Notes: generated from the sequence alone by a model not told the origin. 64,000 nt of DNA from an uncultured Acidobacteriota bacterium (GCA_963828465.1 CAWHEU010000022.1:352001-416000); one strand, 5' to 3'; shown: positions 38,891 through 50,119, counted from the stretch's first letter. Numbers and translations are program-made.

Positions 38891-39966
38891 TCCAGCCTCA
38901 CTCTCGGGTCCAGATAGCCATAGGAGACGTCAACCAACAAGTTCACGACCACATAGGTGGTGGCGATGATCAGGGTGAAACCCTGGATGATGGGGAAGTC
39001 CCTGGCGGTGATCGCCTCGAAAAGGGCTGTGCCCACTCCGGCCAGCCCAAATACCGTCTCGGTGAGCACGGCGCCGCCGAGCAGCAGCCCCAGCTGGAGC
39101 CCGATGATGGTCACGACCGGGAGCATCGCATTGCGGAGGGCGTGCCTTCTCACAACCTTTCGCTCGATCGCTCCCTTGGCCCGGGCGGTGCGGATGTAAT
39201 CGCGGCCCAGTACGTCGAGGAGCGATGACCGGGTCATCCGGGCGATGATGGCCATGGGAATCGTTGCCAGTGTGATGGCGGGGAGGATGAGGTGCTTGAA
39301 CCCGTCCCAGAACACCGCCCATTGGGCGCTGATCAGGGCGTTGGTCACCGTCATGTAGGAGACGAACTCGGCGGCGGTCGCCACGAATCCCTCCTCGGCG
39401 ATCTCCCAGCCCCACACCTCGTAGAACGGGAGTCCGCGGTTTCCCGGGCTGAGCGACCCGCTGGGCGGCAAGGCGAAGATCGTGCCCGACAGGACGACGG
39501 CGAACAGATAGGCGAGCAACAAACCAAGCCAGAAGATGGGCATGGAGACGCCGACATTGGCGAAGGCCATCGCCGCCACGTCGACGCCCGAGTTGTGTCG
39601 CCGTGCTGCGGCGATTCCGAGCGGGATTCCGACGATGATCGCCACACTCAGTGCGGCGATGGTGAGCTCGAGCGTCACCGGAAGCCGCTCGATGATTATC
39701 TGGGTGACCGGCCGGGAGAAGCGGATCGACTCTCCGAGGTCACCGCTGATCACGTTCCCGAAGTAGATGCCGAGTTGGACGATGATCGGCTCGTTGAGGC
39801 CGTTTGCCTCATTGAATCGCTCACAGGCCTCGGCCGTCGCCCTCTCGCCAAGGATGGCGGTGCACGGTTCTCCAGGGAGCAGCCGGACCAGCAGGAACAC
39901 GAGGAGCAGGACCCCGATCAGGACGGGTATCGCGACCAGGATGCGGCGCAGGATGTATCCGATCAT
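38887..39966 (-). CDS. Peptide ABC transporter permease (DppB/OppB)
   Basis: YILRRIL, DYIRTARAKG, YGYLDPRV. Confidence 0.95.
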   Translation of the reverse strand: MIGYILRRILVAIPVLIGVLLLVFLLVRLLPGEPCTAILGERATAEACERFNEANGLNEPIIVQLGIYFGNVISGDLGESIRFSRPVTQIIIERLPVTLELTIAALSVAIIVGIPLGIAAARRHNSGVDVAAMAFANVGVSMPIFWLGLLLAYLFAVVLSGTIFALPPSGSLSPGNRGLPFYEVWGWEIAEEGFVATAAEFVSYMTVTNALISAQWAVFWDGFKHLILPAITLATIPMAIIARMTRSSLLDVLGRDYIRTARAKGAIERKVVRRHALRNAMLPVVTIIGLQLGLLLGGAVLTETVFGLAGVGTALFEAITARDFPIIQGFTLIIATTYVVVNLLVDVSYGYLDPRVRLE

Positions 39967-39987
39967 TTCCTCTGTCCGGAGCGTAGA

Positions 39988-40019
39988 ACGGGGGGAGGCG
40001 CTGGTGCGCCTCCCCCCGT
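39988..40019 (-). terminator. Intercistronic hairpin between binding-protein and permease genes
   Basis: ACGGGGGGAGGCGC-TGGT-GCGCCTCCCCCCGT, 14-bp perfect stem. Confidence 0.65.
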
Positions 40020-40042
40020 CATCAGTCAGAGTGATCAGAGCG

Positions 40043-41768
40043 TCATCCAGCCGCTGTCGTCGTGGGCGGCGGGTTGATCAGGCCACCCCAGAGGGCAGCC
40101 GGGTATTCGAACACTCCGGTGTTGCCGGTGTGCAGCGGGTTTGCTCCATCGAGCAAGGCGGACCATGAGGCGACCACGTCGTTGGCATCGAACGGAGAGC
40201 CGTCATGGAAGGTGACACCTTCGCGCAATGCGCAGGTCCACACCACGCCCTCGGCGTCCGGCACACACTCGGTGGCCAGCTTCGGCACGGCCTGTCCTTC
40301 GAGGTCGTATCCGTACAAGCGCTTCCTGGGTCTGCTGACACGCCGACAGTGATTCACCGTCGGTCTCATCGGGGCAGTAGAGCGAGATCGGCTCGGCGTT
40401 CTGGACGAACACCAGATCGGTGTCGCCCGGATTCATCAGAGCGAACTGTGGCGCACCGAATGGCGGTGTCACCGCTCCCTCCAGAGTGGCGAGCCCGGCA
40501 TTGGCCGCGGCTCCCCAAGCGATCGGAACCATCGGCACATCCTCGACGAGCAGATCGTTGATCTGCGCGTAGATGGGCTGCGCCGCCGCCGGGTCGACCG
40601 TCCCCGATCCCTCGATCACTGCGGCCGTGATGTCCGGGTTCATCACACCGAACTGGACGTTGATGCCACCGAAGTGATAGTCGAGGAAGTTCGTCACGTG
40701 CGGGTAGTCGGCGCCCCAGCCCAGCAGGTGGATGCCCTCCACCTGGCCGGCGGCCGTCGCCTCGATGAACGCGCCTGACTCCATGACCTCGACCGTGGCC
40801 TCGATCCCCAGATTCTCGGACAACTGGGCCCGGATGTCCTCGGCCACCGCCGTCGGCTCCGGGAGATAGACCCGGAACACGTCGCGGAGCGTGATCGTGG
40901 TCTCGAACCCATCGGGGAATCCGGCCTCTGCGAGCAGCGCCCGTGCCGCTTCGGGATCGAAGTCGGGGAACGGTGCGCCTTCACAGCCGTTCTCCAGGAT
41001 GCAAGGCGTGAAGTGGGTGGCCACTGCCGACCCTTCCGGGTAGAAGGTGTCGATGATCCTCTGCCGGTCGATGCCCAGCGCGATCGCCTGCCGCACCAGC
41101 GGGTTGTCGAACGGAGGGAACTGATTGTTGAACCCCGCGTAGAACACGTTCGGGTTGTTGTCGACGAGCAACTGCAGATTGGCATCACCCTCGATGCCGG
41201 CGTAGTCGCTGGCCGCAAGGTTGGTGATGAAGTCTGCATTGCCCGAGGTCAACTCGGTGATCCGCCCGGTGCTGTCCTCACGCCAGCGGAAGACCAGGGT
41301 GTCGAACGCCGGAGCCTCGCCCCAATAGTCGGGGTTCGCCTCGAAGACGATCTCGGAGCCACGTGCCCAGCCCCCTTCGGGGAGCATGAACGGACCCGTG
41401 CCTACCGGATTCTCCAGCGGGGAGCCGCCGGTCGCCTCGAGGTGCTCGGATGGCTGGATGGAGAACGGGACGAACGCAATCTTCACCAGGAATGCCGGGT
41501 CGGCCGCGCACAGGGTGAAGACGACCTCGCTCGGCGAGGTGGCTTCGATCTTGTTGATCTTGCCCCCGTAATCACAACCCCCCGAGTCGAGGGTGAGCAA
41601 TTCCGACGGCGCCTCGGTAGTGGCGACCGATGTGGTCGTCTCCCCGGCTGCCGTCGTCGTTGCCGCTTCCCCCCCGGTGGTTGTCGTCTCGTCGCCACCC
41701 TCGCTGGCACAAGCGCCGGCGATGAGGGCGAGTACTGCGACGAGCGCCAACCAGCGCATTCGTTTCAT
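40043..41768 (-). CDS. Peptide ABC transporter substrate-binding lipoprotein, family 5, circularly permuted (frameshift near 40320)
   Basis: Lipobox IAGAC; PVGTGPF, NPDYWG, VRQAIALGIDR; LREGVTFHDGSPF block at the C-terminus. Confidence 0.88.
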
Positions 41769-41900
41769 ACTTTCTTCCTCCCTTGTTGGGTTAGGTCGCG
41801 GCGAAGGCAGGCCAACCCCGCGACTTCGCCCACGCTACCGGTTTCGATCGGACCGCGCGGCAAGTCTCGGCTACCTGCCAGGCGCTAATTACCCTTGACC

Positions 41901-44328
41901 ATGATGTCGTATGACCACCAGGCGATCGAAGCGAAATGGCAGGACCGATGGGAGTCGGAGGGCGTGTTTCACACCACCGAAGACTCGACCAGGCCCAAGT
42001 TCTACAACGTGGCCATGTATCCCTATCCGTCGGGGGAGCTGCACATCGGCCACGTCCGCAACTACACCTACATCGACCTGATCACCCGCTACAAGATGAT
42101 GCAGGGCTTCAACGTCTTGAGCCCTATGGGGTGGGACAGTTTCGGGCTCCCGGCCGAGAATCTGGCGATCGAAACCGGCATTCATCCGAGGGTCAGCGTC
42201 GAGGCTCAAATCACCCGAATGAAGGAGCATTTCCGGAAGCTGGGGGCCGCATTCGACTGGAGCCGGGAAGTGGCGAGCCACGACCCTGCCTACTACCGAT
42301 GGGACCAGTGGCTGTTCCTCGAGCTCTACGACCGTGGTCTCGCCTACAAAGCGACCGCGCCCGTCAACTGGTGCCCCAAGGATCAGACCGTGCTCGCCAA
42401 CGAGCAGGTAGTGGATGGCGCCTGTGAGAGATGCGGGACGCTGGTCGAGAAGCGAAACCTCGCCCAATGGTTCTTCAAGATCACCGATTACGCCGATCGA
42501 CTCCTCGATGACCTGGATCATCTCGACGACTGGCCGGACCGGGTCCGCACGATGCAGCGGAACTGGATCGGCCGGTCCGAGGGCGCCCGGTTCAAGATTC
42601 CGATCGACGGCATCGATGCCTCGTTCGATGTGTTCACCACCCGGCCCGACACGATCTTCGGGATGACATTCTGCGTCCTCGCTCCCGAGCACCCACTTGT
42701 CGAGGAGTTGATCTCGGGCACCGACGTCGAGGCCGAGGCCAGGGAGTACATAGCTCGGGCGGCCCGTGAGTCGGAGATCGAGCGTCTCGCCGAGGGCGAG
42801 AAGACAGGGGTATTCACCGGTCGGTTCGCCATCAACCCGGTGGACGGGAAGCCGGTTCCGGTCTACATCGCCGACTATGTGCTGATGGGCTACGGCACCG
42901 GGGCGATCATGGCCGTCCCGGGTCAGGATCAGCGTGACTGGGATTTTGCCGTCAGGTATGGCCTCGACATCGTTCGCACGGTCGACCCGGGCCCTGAATG
43001 GGAGGGCGAGGCCTTCCTCGGGGACGGGCGGACGATCAATTCCGAGTTCCTGGACGGTCTCGACCGGGCCGGGGCAAAGGAGCGGATCATCACCTGGCTC
43101 GAGGAGCAGGGCATCGGCGAGGGGACGATCCAATACCGGCTCCGTGACTGGCTGATCTCAAGACAGCGTTACTGGGGATGTCCGATTCCGATGGTCGAAT
43201 GCCCCGAATGTGGGCTGGTCCCAGTTCCACGAGATCAGCTTCCGGTGACCCTGCCCGAGGTCGAGGACTATGCCCCGAAGGGACGCTCACCTCTGGCGGC
43301 CGTCGAGGATTGGGTGGCCACGACGTGTGCCCAGTGTGGGGGACCGGCCAGCCGGGAGACCGACACCATGGACACCTTCGTCGACTCGTCCTGGTACTAC
43401 TTCAGGTACACCGACCCCCACAACGTGGAGGCCATCTTCGACCGGGCCAAGGCCGAGTACTGGATGCCACTCGATCAGTACATCGGTGGGGTCGAGCACG
43501 CGATCCTCCACCTTCTCTACGCCAGGTTCATCACCAAGTTCCTCAATGACATCGGGCTGAGCCCGGTCACCGAGCCCTTCAGGCGGATGTTCACCCAGGG
43601 GATGCTCGTGAAGGACGGGGCAAAGATGTCCAAATCCAAGGGCAATGTCGTTCCACCAGACCGCTATTACCAGGAGTACGGCGCCGATGCCCTGCGCTTG
43701 TTCGAGCTGTTCGTGGGGCCGCCGACCGACGACGCCGTATGGAATGACAGCGGTGTTCCCGGCACGAAGCGGTTCCTCGACCGGGTTTGGAAGATGGGCA
43801 CCGCCGATCATCCCTTCGTGGACCGCGGCAGCGAACGATGACGATGCCGTGCTGATGGCGGAGACGCATCGCGCATTGAAGCGGGTCACCGAGGACATCA
43901 ACCGATTCCACTTCAACACCACGGTCTCCTCGCTGATGTCCCTGGCCAACGTGTTCCAGGAGTACCTGGGCCGCTCGCCGGTCGAGAAGACCTTCGACGA
44001 GGCTTACCGGATCATGGTCCTGATGCTGGCGCCCGCCGCACCCCATGTCGCCCACGAGTTGTGGGAGATGAGGGGGATGGGATCGATGCTGGCGGAGGAA
44101 CCCTGGCCCGGGTGGGACGAGTCGCTCGTGGCGGAGTCGACCGTGACCATGGTGGTCCAGGTCAACGGGAAGGTGCGCGACAGGGTCGATGTGCCGGCTG
44201 ACATCACCGCCGAGGAGGCGGAGCGGGTGGCGCTCGACCTCGACAAGGTCCAGGGTTGGATCGACGGCGCCGTGGTGCGCAAAGTCATCGCCCGTCCACC
44301 GAGCGTCATCAACTTCGTCGTGGGGTGA
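41901..44328 (+). CDS. leuS: Leucine--tRNA ligase (frameshift near 43820)
   Basis: YPYPSGELHIGH, TTRPDT, RLRDWLISRQRYWG, KMSKS, VQVNGKVR. Confidence 0.96.
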
Positions 44329-44717
44329 ACGCCGGCCAGATGCTGCGTGCTGGTGGGATCGACTTCCTTCGAGTGCGTGTGCTCATTGATCCCGTCGACC
44401 CGGAATCGGTCCGGGTCCGATCCGCCCCCGGGTTTATGCGCCGTCTCTGGGGCCGTGACATCCGCGCAATGACTTTGGGGAAGACCATCTTCCTCGACCC
44501 GGCTTTGATCACCGCCGTCCAGCAGAGGCCGGGCTTACTCCTCGTCCACGAGTTGGTCCACGTGCGTCAGTGGGGTGAGCTGGGGGTGATCCGGTTCCTC
44601 TGGCGGTATGTGACCGGGTATCTCGGCGGGCGTTGGAAGGGTCTCAGCCACCGCGCCGCTTACCTGGCGATCCCTCTCGAGGTGGAGGCGCGGGTGACCG
44701 CGCGTCTCCTCGAATGA
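44325..44717 (+). CDS. DUF4157-like HEXXH protein
   Basis: AMTLG..I, LLVHELVHVRQW, PLEVEAR; GTGA overlap with leuS stop. Confidence 0.75.
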   Translation: MNAGQMLRAGGIDFLRVRVLIDPVDPESVRVRSAPGFMRRLWGRDIRAMTLGKTIFLDPALITAVQQRPGLLLVHELVHVRQWGELGVIRFLWRYVTGYLGGRWKGLSHRAAYLAIPLEVEARVTARLLE

Positions 44718-44726
44718 CGCCACTGC

Positions 44727-45536
44727 CTATTCGACTACCACTCCATCCAGATCCGGCTCGGGCGGATAAGTCGGATTCATCTGCTCCAGCGCTTTGATCA
44801 AAATGCTCGCCACGGCCAGGTCGCGGTACCACTTACGATCTGCAGGCACCACGTACCACGGCGCATGCTCGCTCGAAGTGCGGCTGAGAGCCTCCTCGTA
44901 GGCGAGGGAGAAGTCTTCCCACAATTTGCGGTCCTCGAGGTCGCCGACGTTGAACTTCCAACGCTTGTCCGGTTCCTTTAGACGGGCCTCGAGACGCTCC
45001 TTCTGCTCCTCTTTCGAGATGTGGAGGAACAGCTTGACCACGGTCGTCCCTTCATCGACCAGCAGCCGTTCGAATTCGACGATGTGGGCGTAGCGCTGAC
45101 GCCAGCGTTGCTCCGGGACCAGGCCCTTCACCCGCACTATCAGGACGTCCTCGTAGTGGGAGCGGTTGAAAATGGCTATCCCGCCGTTCTCCGGGGTTCG
45201 TTGATGGATGCGCCAGAGATAGTCGTGGGCTAACTCCCACTCATTAGGAACGCCGAATCCCCAGACCCGGACCCCCTGTGGGTTGACCCCCTTGAACACG
45301 CTGCGGATGGTCCCGTCCTTTCCGCCAGTGTCCATTGCCTGAAGGACGATCAGCAGTTTTTGCTTCGACTCGGCCCAGAGACGCGTCTGCAGCTCAGCCA
45401 GTGTCGAGTTCAACGGCTTCAGCGCCTCCTTGCCCTCGGACTTCCCTCCGTCGAAGCCTTCCGTGGAACGGGGGTCCCGGGCGGCGAGGTTGGCCTCGTT
45501 GCCGGGGGGGACCAAATAGGGGGCGATGTCGAGCAC
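44727..45536 (-). CDS. ppk2: Polyphosphate kinase 2 family
   Basis: QAMDTGGKDG, FNRSHYEDV, PWYVVPADRKWYR. Confidence 0.93.
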   Translation of the reverse strand: MLDIAPYLVPPGNEANLAARDPRSTEGFDGGKSEGKEALKPLNSTLAELQTRLWAESKQKLLIVLQAMDTGGKDGTIRSVFKGVNPQGVRVWGFGVPNEWELAHDYLWRIHQRTPENGGIAIFNRSHYEDVLIVRVKGLVPEQRWRQRYAHIVEFERLLVDEGTTVVKLFLHISKEEQKERLEARLKEPDKRWKFNVGDLEDRKLWEDFSLAYEEALSRTSSEHAPWYVVPADRKWYRDLAVASILIKALEQMNPTYPPEPDLDGVVVE

Positions 45537-45625
45537 GAGGCCGACCCTACCGAACGACCTTCTTCCCTCATCGGCAGCCGATTGGTATCTACGAAGTGAG
45601 TGGAGCGCGGTCGGTGGGGGTCGCA

Positions 45626-46180
45626 ATGGGTCGAACACAGACGCTGGCGCTGGGCTTGATCCTCGCCGCCATCCTCGTCGGAGCGGGGCTTGGAGTCACA
45701 GGAGACACGGCTCCGGTCGAAACGGCGCCAGTGACGGTGGAAACTGCGTCGACGCGTGATCCTGTCTTTCCGGTGTACGTGTCCGGTTGGGTGACGGCTC
45801 CGGGTGTAGTCGAGATGTCCGATGGAGCGATCGTGGCCGACGCAGTCGCCGCGGCCGGCGGCGCCCTGGAGGGGGCATTGCTCGACGCGATCAATCTGGC
45901 CAGGCCCCTGGTCGAAGGAGACCACGTGCAGATCCCGGGGCCCGGCGACTCATTGGCCGCCAGCGGTGGCGGGGAGAGGGATGACGGTCTGATCTCTCTC
46001 AACCAGGCGGATGCGTCGGCATTGGAAGAACTCCCCGGCGTCGGCCCCGTCCTGGCCGATCGGATCGTGGCCCATCGCGAGGCCAATGGGCCATTCGAGA
46101 CGGTTGAGGACCTCCTGGAAGTGCCGGGTATCGGCGAGGCCAAGTTGGCTGCGATGAGAGACTCGATCGCCGTGCCTTGA
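45626..46180 (+). CDS. comEA: Competence protein ComEA
   Basis: SLBB domain, LPGVGP and VPGIG helix-hairpin-helix motifs. Confidence 0.92.
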   Translation: MGRTQTLALGLILAAILVGAGLGVTGDTAPVETAPVTVETASTRDPVFPVYVSGWVTAPGVVEMSDGAIVADAVAAAGGALEGALLDAINLARPLVEGDHVQIPGPGDSLAASGGGERDDGLISLNQADASALEELPGVGPVLADRIVAHREANGPFETVEDLLEVPGIGEAKLAAMRDSIAVP

Positions 46181-48252
46181 CCATCGACCATCCAGCGCTC
46201 CCCCCGGTTGTCTCCCGACCCTGGATCGGTGCCGCGGTGGCAGCGATGCTCGCGGCATGGGCCGGGCGCTCTCCTGGCTGGGGTCTCGTTCTGGCCTCGG
46301 TCCCTGTCCTTTGGATGTCGGCGAAGGGCCGGATCGGGGCTGCCCTGATCGTGGCTGTTGTCGCACTCCACTCTTCGATCGCCAATGCATCTCTCGAGCC
46401 GTTGCCCAGGGGCCGCCTCGAAACCGAGGGGGTGATGGCCGGCGATGTCATCGACGGCCGATATGGGCCATACGCCCTGGTCGATGTCGTTTCTGGCCCG
46501 ATCCTGGCCGACCTTCCGCCGAGCGCAGAAGCGTCACTCGGTGACGTCGTCCGGATCGAGGGAAGCGTCGTCGGTGAGGCAGGGGAGCTCGGGGGCCGGC
46601 TCTATCTCGGAACGGTCGACGTCGACGAGTTCGAGGTTGTTTCCGGTGCCAGGTCGCCGTTGATCGCACTGGGGAACGCGATGCGTAACCGGGTCATCGA
46701 GCGTCTCAGGCCGCTCGAGGGTGGCCGTGGCCTTCTCGCCGGATTCATGGTGGGCGACACCAGCGGGGTGGATGAGGTCGACCAGGCGGCGATGAGGAGG
46801 GCGGGTCTCTCGCATTTCACGGCTGTGAGCGGTTCGAACGTCGCGATCTTCCTGGGTCTCCTCTACGTGGCGGTAGGCCCGATCGGAATCGGGCCGAAGC
46901 GGAGGGCGGTTCTAGGCCTCCTCGGTCTGCCGGTGTTCGCAGCAGCCACACGATTCGAGCCCTCCGTCCTGCGTGCCTCCGCGATGGCCGGCTTGATTCT
47001 CGCCGGTCGTCTGATCGGGGTCGCGATGGAGACCTGGCAGGTTCTGTCCGCCGCCGTGATCGCGCTGGTGATCATCGACCCGGGTCTGGTGGCCAGCGCC
47101 GGGTTTCAGCTCTCGGTTGCAGCCACGGTTGGGGTGATCGTCGGCGCCAGATGGCCGTCCTCCGGCGGCAAGGTGATGCGGGCCCTGGCTGTGAGCATCG
47201 GTGCGCAGGTGGCAGTCGCCCCGCTGCTCATCCTTCACTTCGGCGTCGTACCCCTCCTCTCTCCCCTCGCCAACCTCCTGGCGGCGCCGCTGGTCGCTGG
47301 TTCCACCGTTCTGGGTGTGCTTGGAGTCGTCGGGCCGACCCTCCTGTCCGATCTGGGTGCGGGCCTGGCGGACGTCGTCCTTTGGATAGCTCGAACGGCA
47401 GCAGCATGGCCTCAGGTCGGCTGGTTGGGGATGGGGATCATGCTCGTGGCGGGGTTGATTCATCTGTTTCGACCGGGGCTCAGGGGTGTCGTGGCCCTAT
47501 TGGGAGCGGGCGTAGTCGCCTTTCTGATGCTGGCCCCAGCCCGCTCACTACCCGAGCATGGTGCGGTGGTCCTCGATGTGGGCCAGGGTGACGCGGTGCT
47601 GCTGTCGGGCGGTCCTGGGAATCTCGCTCTTGTCGACGGCGGTCCCGATCCGGTCACTCTGATCGAGAACATGGACGAGTACCGGGTGAAGGCGCTGGAT
47701 CTCGTGGTCCTGACCCACGCCCACGCCGATCACGCTCTCGGTCTCACAGCTCTGGCGGGGAGGATCTCGATCGGGGAGGTTTGGGCCCGGGTCCACCCCC
47801 ATGAGACGGCAGCCTCGACTGACCTCTTCAGACTCCTCTCGGGAGCCGGTATCCAGGTCGTGGAGCCGTCGATGGGTGAGGAGTACCGCCTCGGGGCGCT
47901 GACCCTCGCTGTGGACGGCCCATCCCGTCAATACGCCTCATCGAACGACCAGTCGATCGTCCTCACCGTGAGAGGTCCCAGGAGAACCATGCTGCTGGCG
48001 GGCGACATCGAGACCTACGCCCAGGCCGAGTTGGCGCATCTGAGGGCGGATGTGCTGAAGGTGCCCCATCATGGTGCCGGTACTTCAGACGCTCGCTGGC
48101 TGGAACACGTGGGTGCCGACCTGGCTGTGATCTCAGTTGGCGCTAACGATTTCGGGCATCCCGTCGACTGGGTCATCTCAACACTCGAGAAGAGCGGCGC
48201 CACTGTCTTGCGCACGGATCTGGTCGGAGACGTCCTCGTTCCTCTCGGCTGA
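46177..48252 (+). CDS. comEC: Competence protein ComEC/Rec2
   Basis: GLSHFTAVSGSN, PSVLRA, LDVGQGDA, THAHADH, KVPHHG. Confidence 0.93.
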   Translation: MTIDHPALPPVVSRPWIGAAVAAMLAAWAGRSPGWGLVLASVPVLWMSAKGRIGAALIVAVVALHSSIANASLEPLPRGRLETEGVMAGDVIDGRYGPYALVDVVSGPILADLPPSAEASLGDVVRIEGSVVGEAGELGGRLYLGTVDVDEFEVVSGARSPLIALGNAMRNRVIERLRPLEGGRGLLAGFMVGDTSGVDEVDQAAMRRAGLSHFTAVSGSNVAIFLGLLYVAVGPIGIGPKRRAVLGLLGLPVFAAATRFEPSVLRASAMAGLILAGRLIGVAMETWQVLSAAVIALVIIDPGLVASAGFQLSVAATVGVIVGARWPSSGGKVMRALAVSIGAQVAVAPLLILHFGVVPLLSPLANLLAAPLVAGSTVLGVLGVVGPTLLSDLGAGLADVVLWIARTAAAWPQVGWLGMGIMLVAGLIHLFRPGLRGVVALLGAGVVAFLMLAPARSLPEHGAVVLDVGQGDAVLLSGGPGNLALVDGGPDPVTLIENMDEYRVKALDLVVLTHAHADHALGLTALAGRISIGEVWARVHPHETAASTDLFRLLSGAGIQVVEPSMGEEYRLGALTLAVDGPSRQYASSNDQSIVLTVRGPRRTMLLAGDIETYAQAELAHLRADVLKVPHHGAGTSDARWLEHVGADLAVISVGANDFGHPVDWVISTLEKSGATVLRTDLVGDVLVPLG

Positions 48253-48270
48253 AGCTGGGAGACTGGGTCG

Positions 48271-49065
48271 GTGCTGGATCTAGGTGTGACGCAACTTCCC
48301 CTGGGAGAAATCACATATGTGATGGGAGTCATCAACGTCTCCCCGGATTCCAAGAACGTCCACACCGTCGTCGGTTCCGTTGACGAGGCGTTGCTCTTGG
48401 CCGACCGTTATCGGTCCTGGGGGGCCACGATGATCGACCTCGGTGGGCAATCGTCACACTTCGACAACCTGACAATCGAGGCGACGGACGAGATCGCAAG
48501 AGTGGTCCCGGTCATCGAGGCCCTGGTCGCCGAGGGGCATCTGGTCGGAATCGATACCTGGAAGCCGGATGTGGCCTCCGCAGCCGTCGACGCCGGGGCG
48601 GTCATCATCAACGACACCGGTGGTCTGGCCGACCCGGAGATGCGCCAGGCCGTCGCCCAGGCCGGGGTCGCGGCCATCGCCGTATATGTGGAAGGGGACA
48701 ACCCGCACAATGTCGGAGAGATCGAGATCACGGAGGACAAGGCCGACCAGACGGCGAATGCCTTTGGCGTTCTGCTCTCTGAGCTGGCAGAGGTCGGCAT
48801 CGAGAACGTGATCCTCGATCCGGGAATCGCCCTCAACTATCGAGGCGACTACGAGGCGTATACCCGGATGCAACTCCGGGTCATCGCCGATTCCGGGCGG
48901 TTGCGGGATCTCGGCAAGCCGGTCCTGATCCCGATCCCGCGGAAGCGAGATTTCCATCGCGTGGTGGCCTACATCTCACTCGCATTGGAGCACAAGGCGG
49001 ACATCATCCGGGTCCACGACGTGGCCGTCGCTTGCGACCTGGCCAAGCTCTTCGGGCGTGCCTGA
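48271..49065 (+). CDS. folP: Dihydropteroate synthase-like pterin-binding protein (divergent)
   Basis: MGVINVSPDS, IDT, IIND, LDPG, RK, IIRVHDV. Confidence 0.8.
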   Translation: MLDLGVTQLPLGEITYVMGVINVSPDSKNVHTVVGSVDEALLLADRYRSWGATMIDLGGQSSHFDNLTIEATDEIARVVPVIEALVAEGHLVGIDTWKPDVASAAVDAGAVIINDTGGLADPEMRQAVAQAGVAAIAVYVEGDNPHNVGEIEITEDKADQTANAFGVLLSELAEVGIENVILDPGIALNYRGDYEAYTRMQLRVIADSGRLRDLGKPVLIPIPRKRDFHRVVAYISLALEHKADIIRVHDVAVACDLAKLFGRA

Positions 49066-49103
49066 CCAACGAATCGGTCGGTGGTTCTGATTACCGTCAA
49101 GCC

Positions 49104-50087
49104 ATGGCGTTGCTGCTGATCTCGGCGCAGTCGAATGCAGGGCCCGGAGAGCGTGAGCAGATGCTCGATGGAGCGGCACAGCATTTCGCACGAGCCGGGC
49201 TGGAGCGGGGCCAGGTGGTCAGGGTCGACGTGCCGGGTCGCGGGGCAGGGGAGGAGGGTGACGGTGCCCTCCGCACCGAGTTGGAGCCGGTCATCCCGTT
49301 GCTGCAATCCGGTTCGCTCTTCGGAGAGGGTCAAGGCTTGCAGCTCGTAGACGCCCAGAATCTTCAAGCCTCGGAGGGCGCCGTATTGGAGGAGTTGATC
49401 GAGACGGCCGACCTCGCCACGATCGAAGTGGTGATCCTGGCTACCGGAGCCCTGCCCAGGTCATTGTCCGCCCTCGTCAAGAGGCTGGGCAGCTCCCAGT
49501 CGGTGCGAAAAATGTGGGAGAGGCAGGCCATGCAATGGCTCGAAGCCGAAGTCCGCGATCGTGGCCTCACCCTCGAGAAGGGCGCCGAGAAGGCCCTTCT
49601 CCAGAAATTTGGTTCCGATACGGCAGCCATGGGACAGGCGCTCGATCAGCTCGAGCAGACCAGCGGGAAGATCACCAAGGATGTCGTGCTCGACCGGTTC
49701 AAGAACCGTCCCGACGAGCCGACCTTCCTGATCACAGATGCGATGTCGAGAGGCGACGTTGGGGAGGCGCTGCGACGTCTCTCGGATTTCCTCGTCCACG
49801 GGCATCCGCTGGTGTTTCTGGCGGCTGTCGAGTCGGATCTGAAGAAGCGAGCGCTTGCGGCGGCGGCGCCGGATGAGCCGACGTTCCGCCAATGGCTCGG
49901 CGCCACAGCCGCCGATCGGGGGCCGGCACGGTTCTGGTCACAGCGGGGACGGGTCAGGGAGTCGTCGTTGCGACGAGCTCAAGAGGCCTTGGTGCGGGCG
50001 GACCGGGTGATCAAGTCACAACCGGAAGAGGTGCATCGGGTGACTCTGGAGCGGCTGACGGTTGCCTTCTGCCGCTGGTATGGGTGA
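49104..50087 (+). CDS. holA: DNA polymerase III delta subunit
   Basis: SLFG motif, length and comEC-holA-rpsT synteny. Confidence 0.8.
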   Translation: MALLLISAQSNAGPGEREQMLDGAAQHFARAGLERGQVVRVDVPGRGAGEEGDGALRTELEPVIPLLQSGSLFGEGQGLQLVDAQNLQASEGAVLEELIETADLATIEVVILATGALPRSLSALVKRLGSSQSVRKMWERQAMQWLEAEVRDRGLTLEKGAEKALLQKFGSDTAAMGQALDQLEQTSGKITKDVVLDRFKNRPDEPTFLITDAMSRGDVGEALRRLSDFLVHGHPLVFLAAVESDLKKRALAAAAPDEPTFRQWLGATAADRGPARFWSQRGRVRESSLRRAQEALVRADRVIKSQPEEVHRVTLERLTVAFCRWYG

Positions 50088-50109
50088 ACGCTCCTGCCGG
50101 GGCGTTCAC
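50084..50109. terminator. Hairpin between convergent holA and rpsT
   Basis: GTGAACGCTCC-TGCC-GGGGCGTTCAC. Confidence 0.6.
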
Positions 50110-50119
50110 GTACTAGAAA

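Noticed and set aside
24442-41890. Integrative island at tRNA-Ala
   Set aside because: Accessory-looking genes, but no integrase and no duplicated tRNA 3' end seen; composition resembles the core
41769-41900. T-box upstream of leuS
   Set aside because: No T-box motif; leuS appears leaderless and the gap is a short divergent promoter
43800-43845. Naturally split LeuRS or programmed frameshift
   Set aside because: Break is in the anticodon-binding domain with no slippery site; a single extra base explains it
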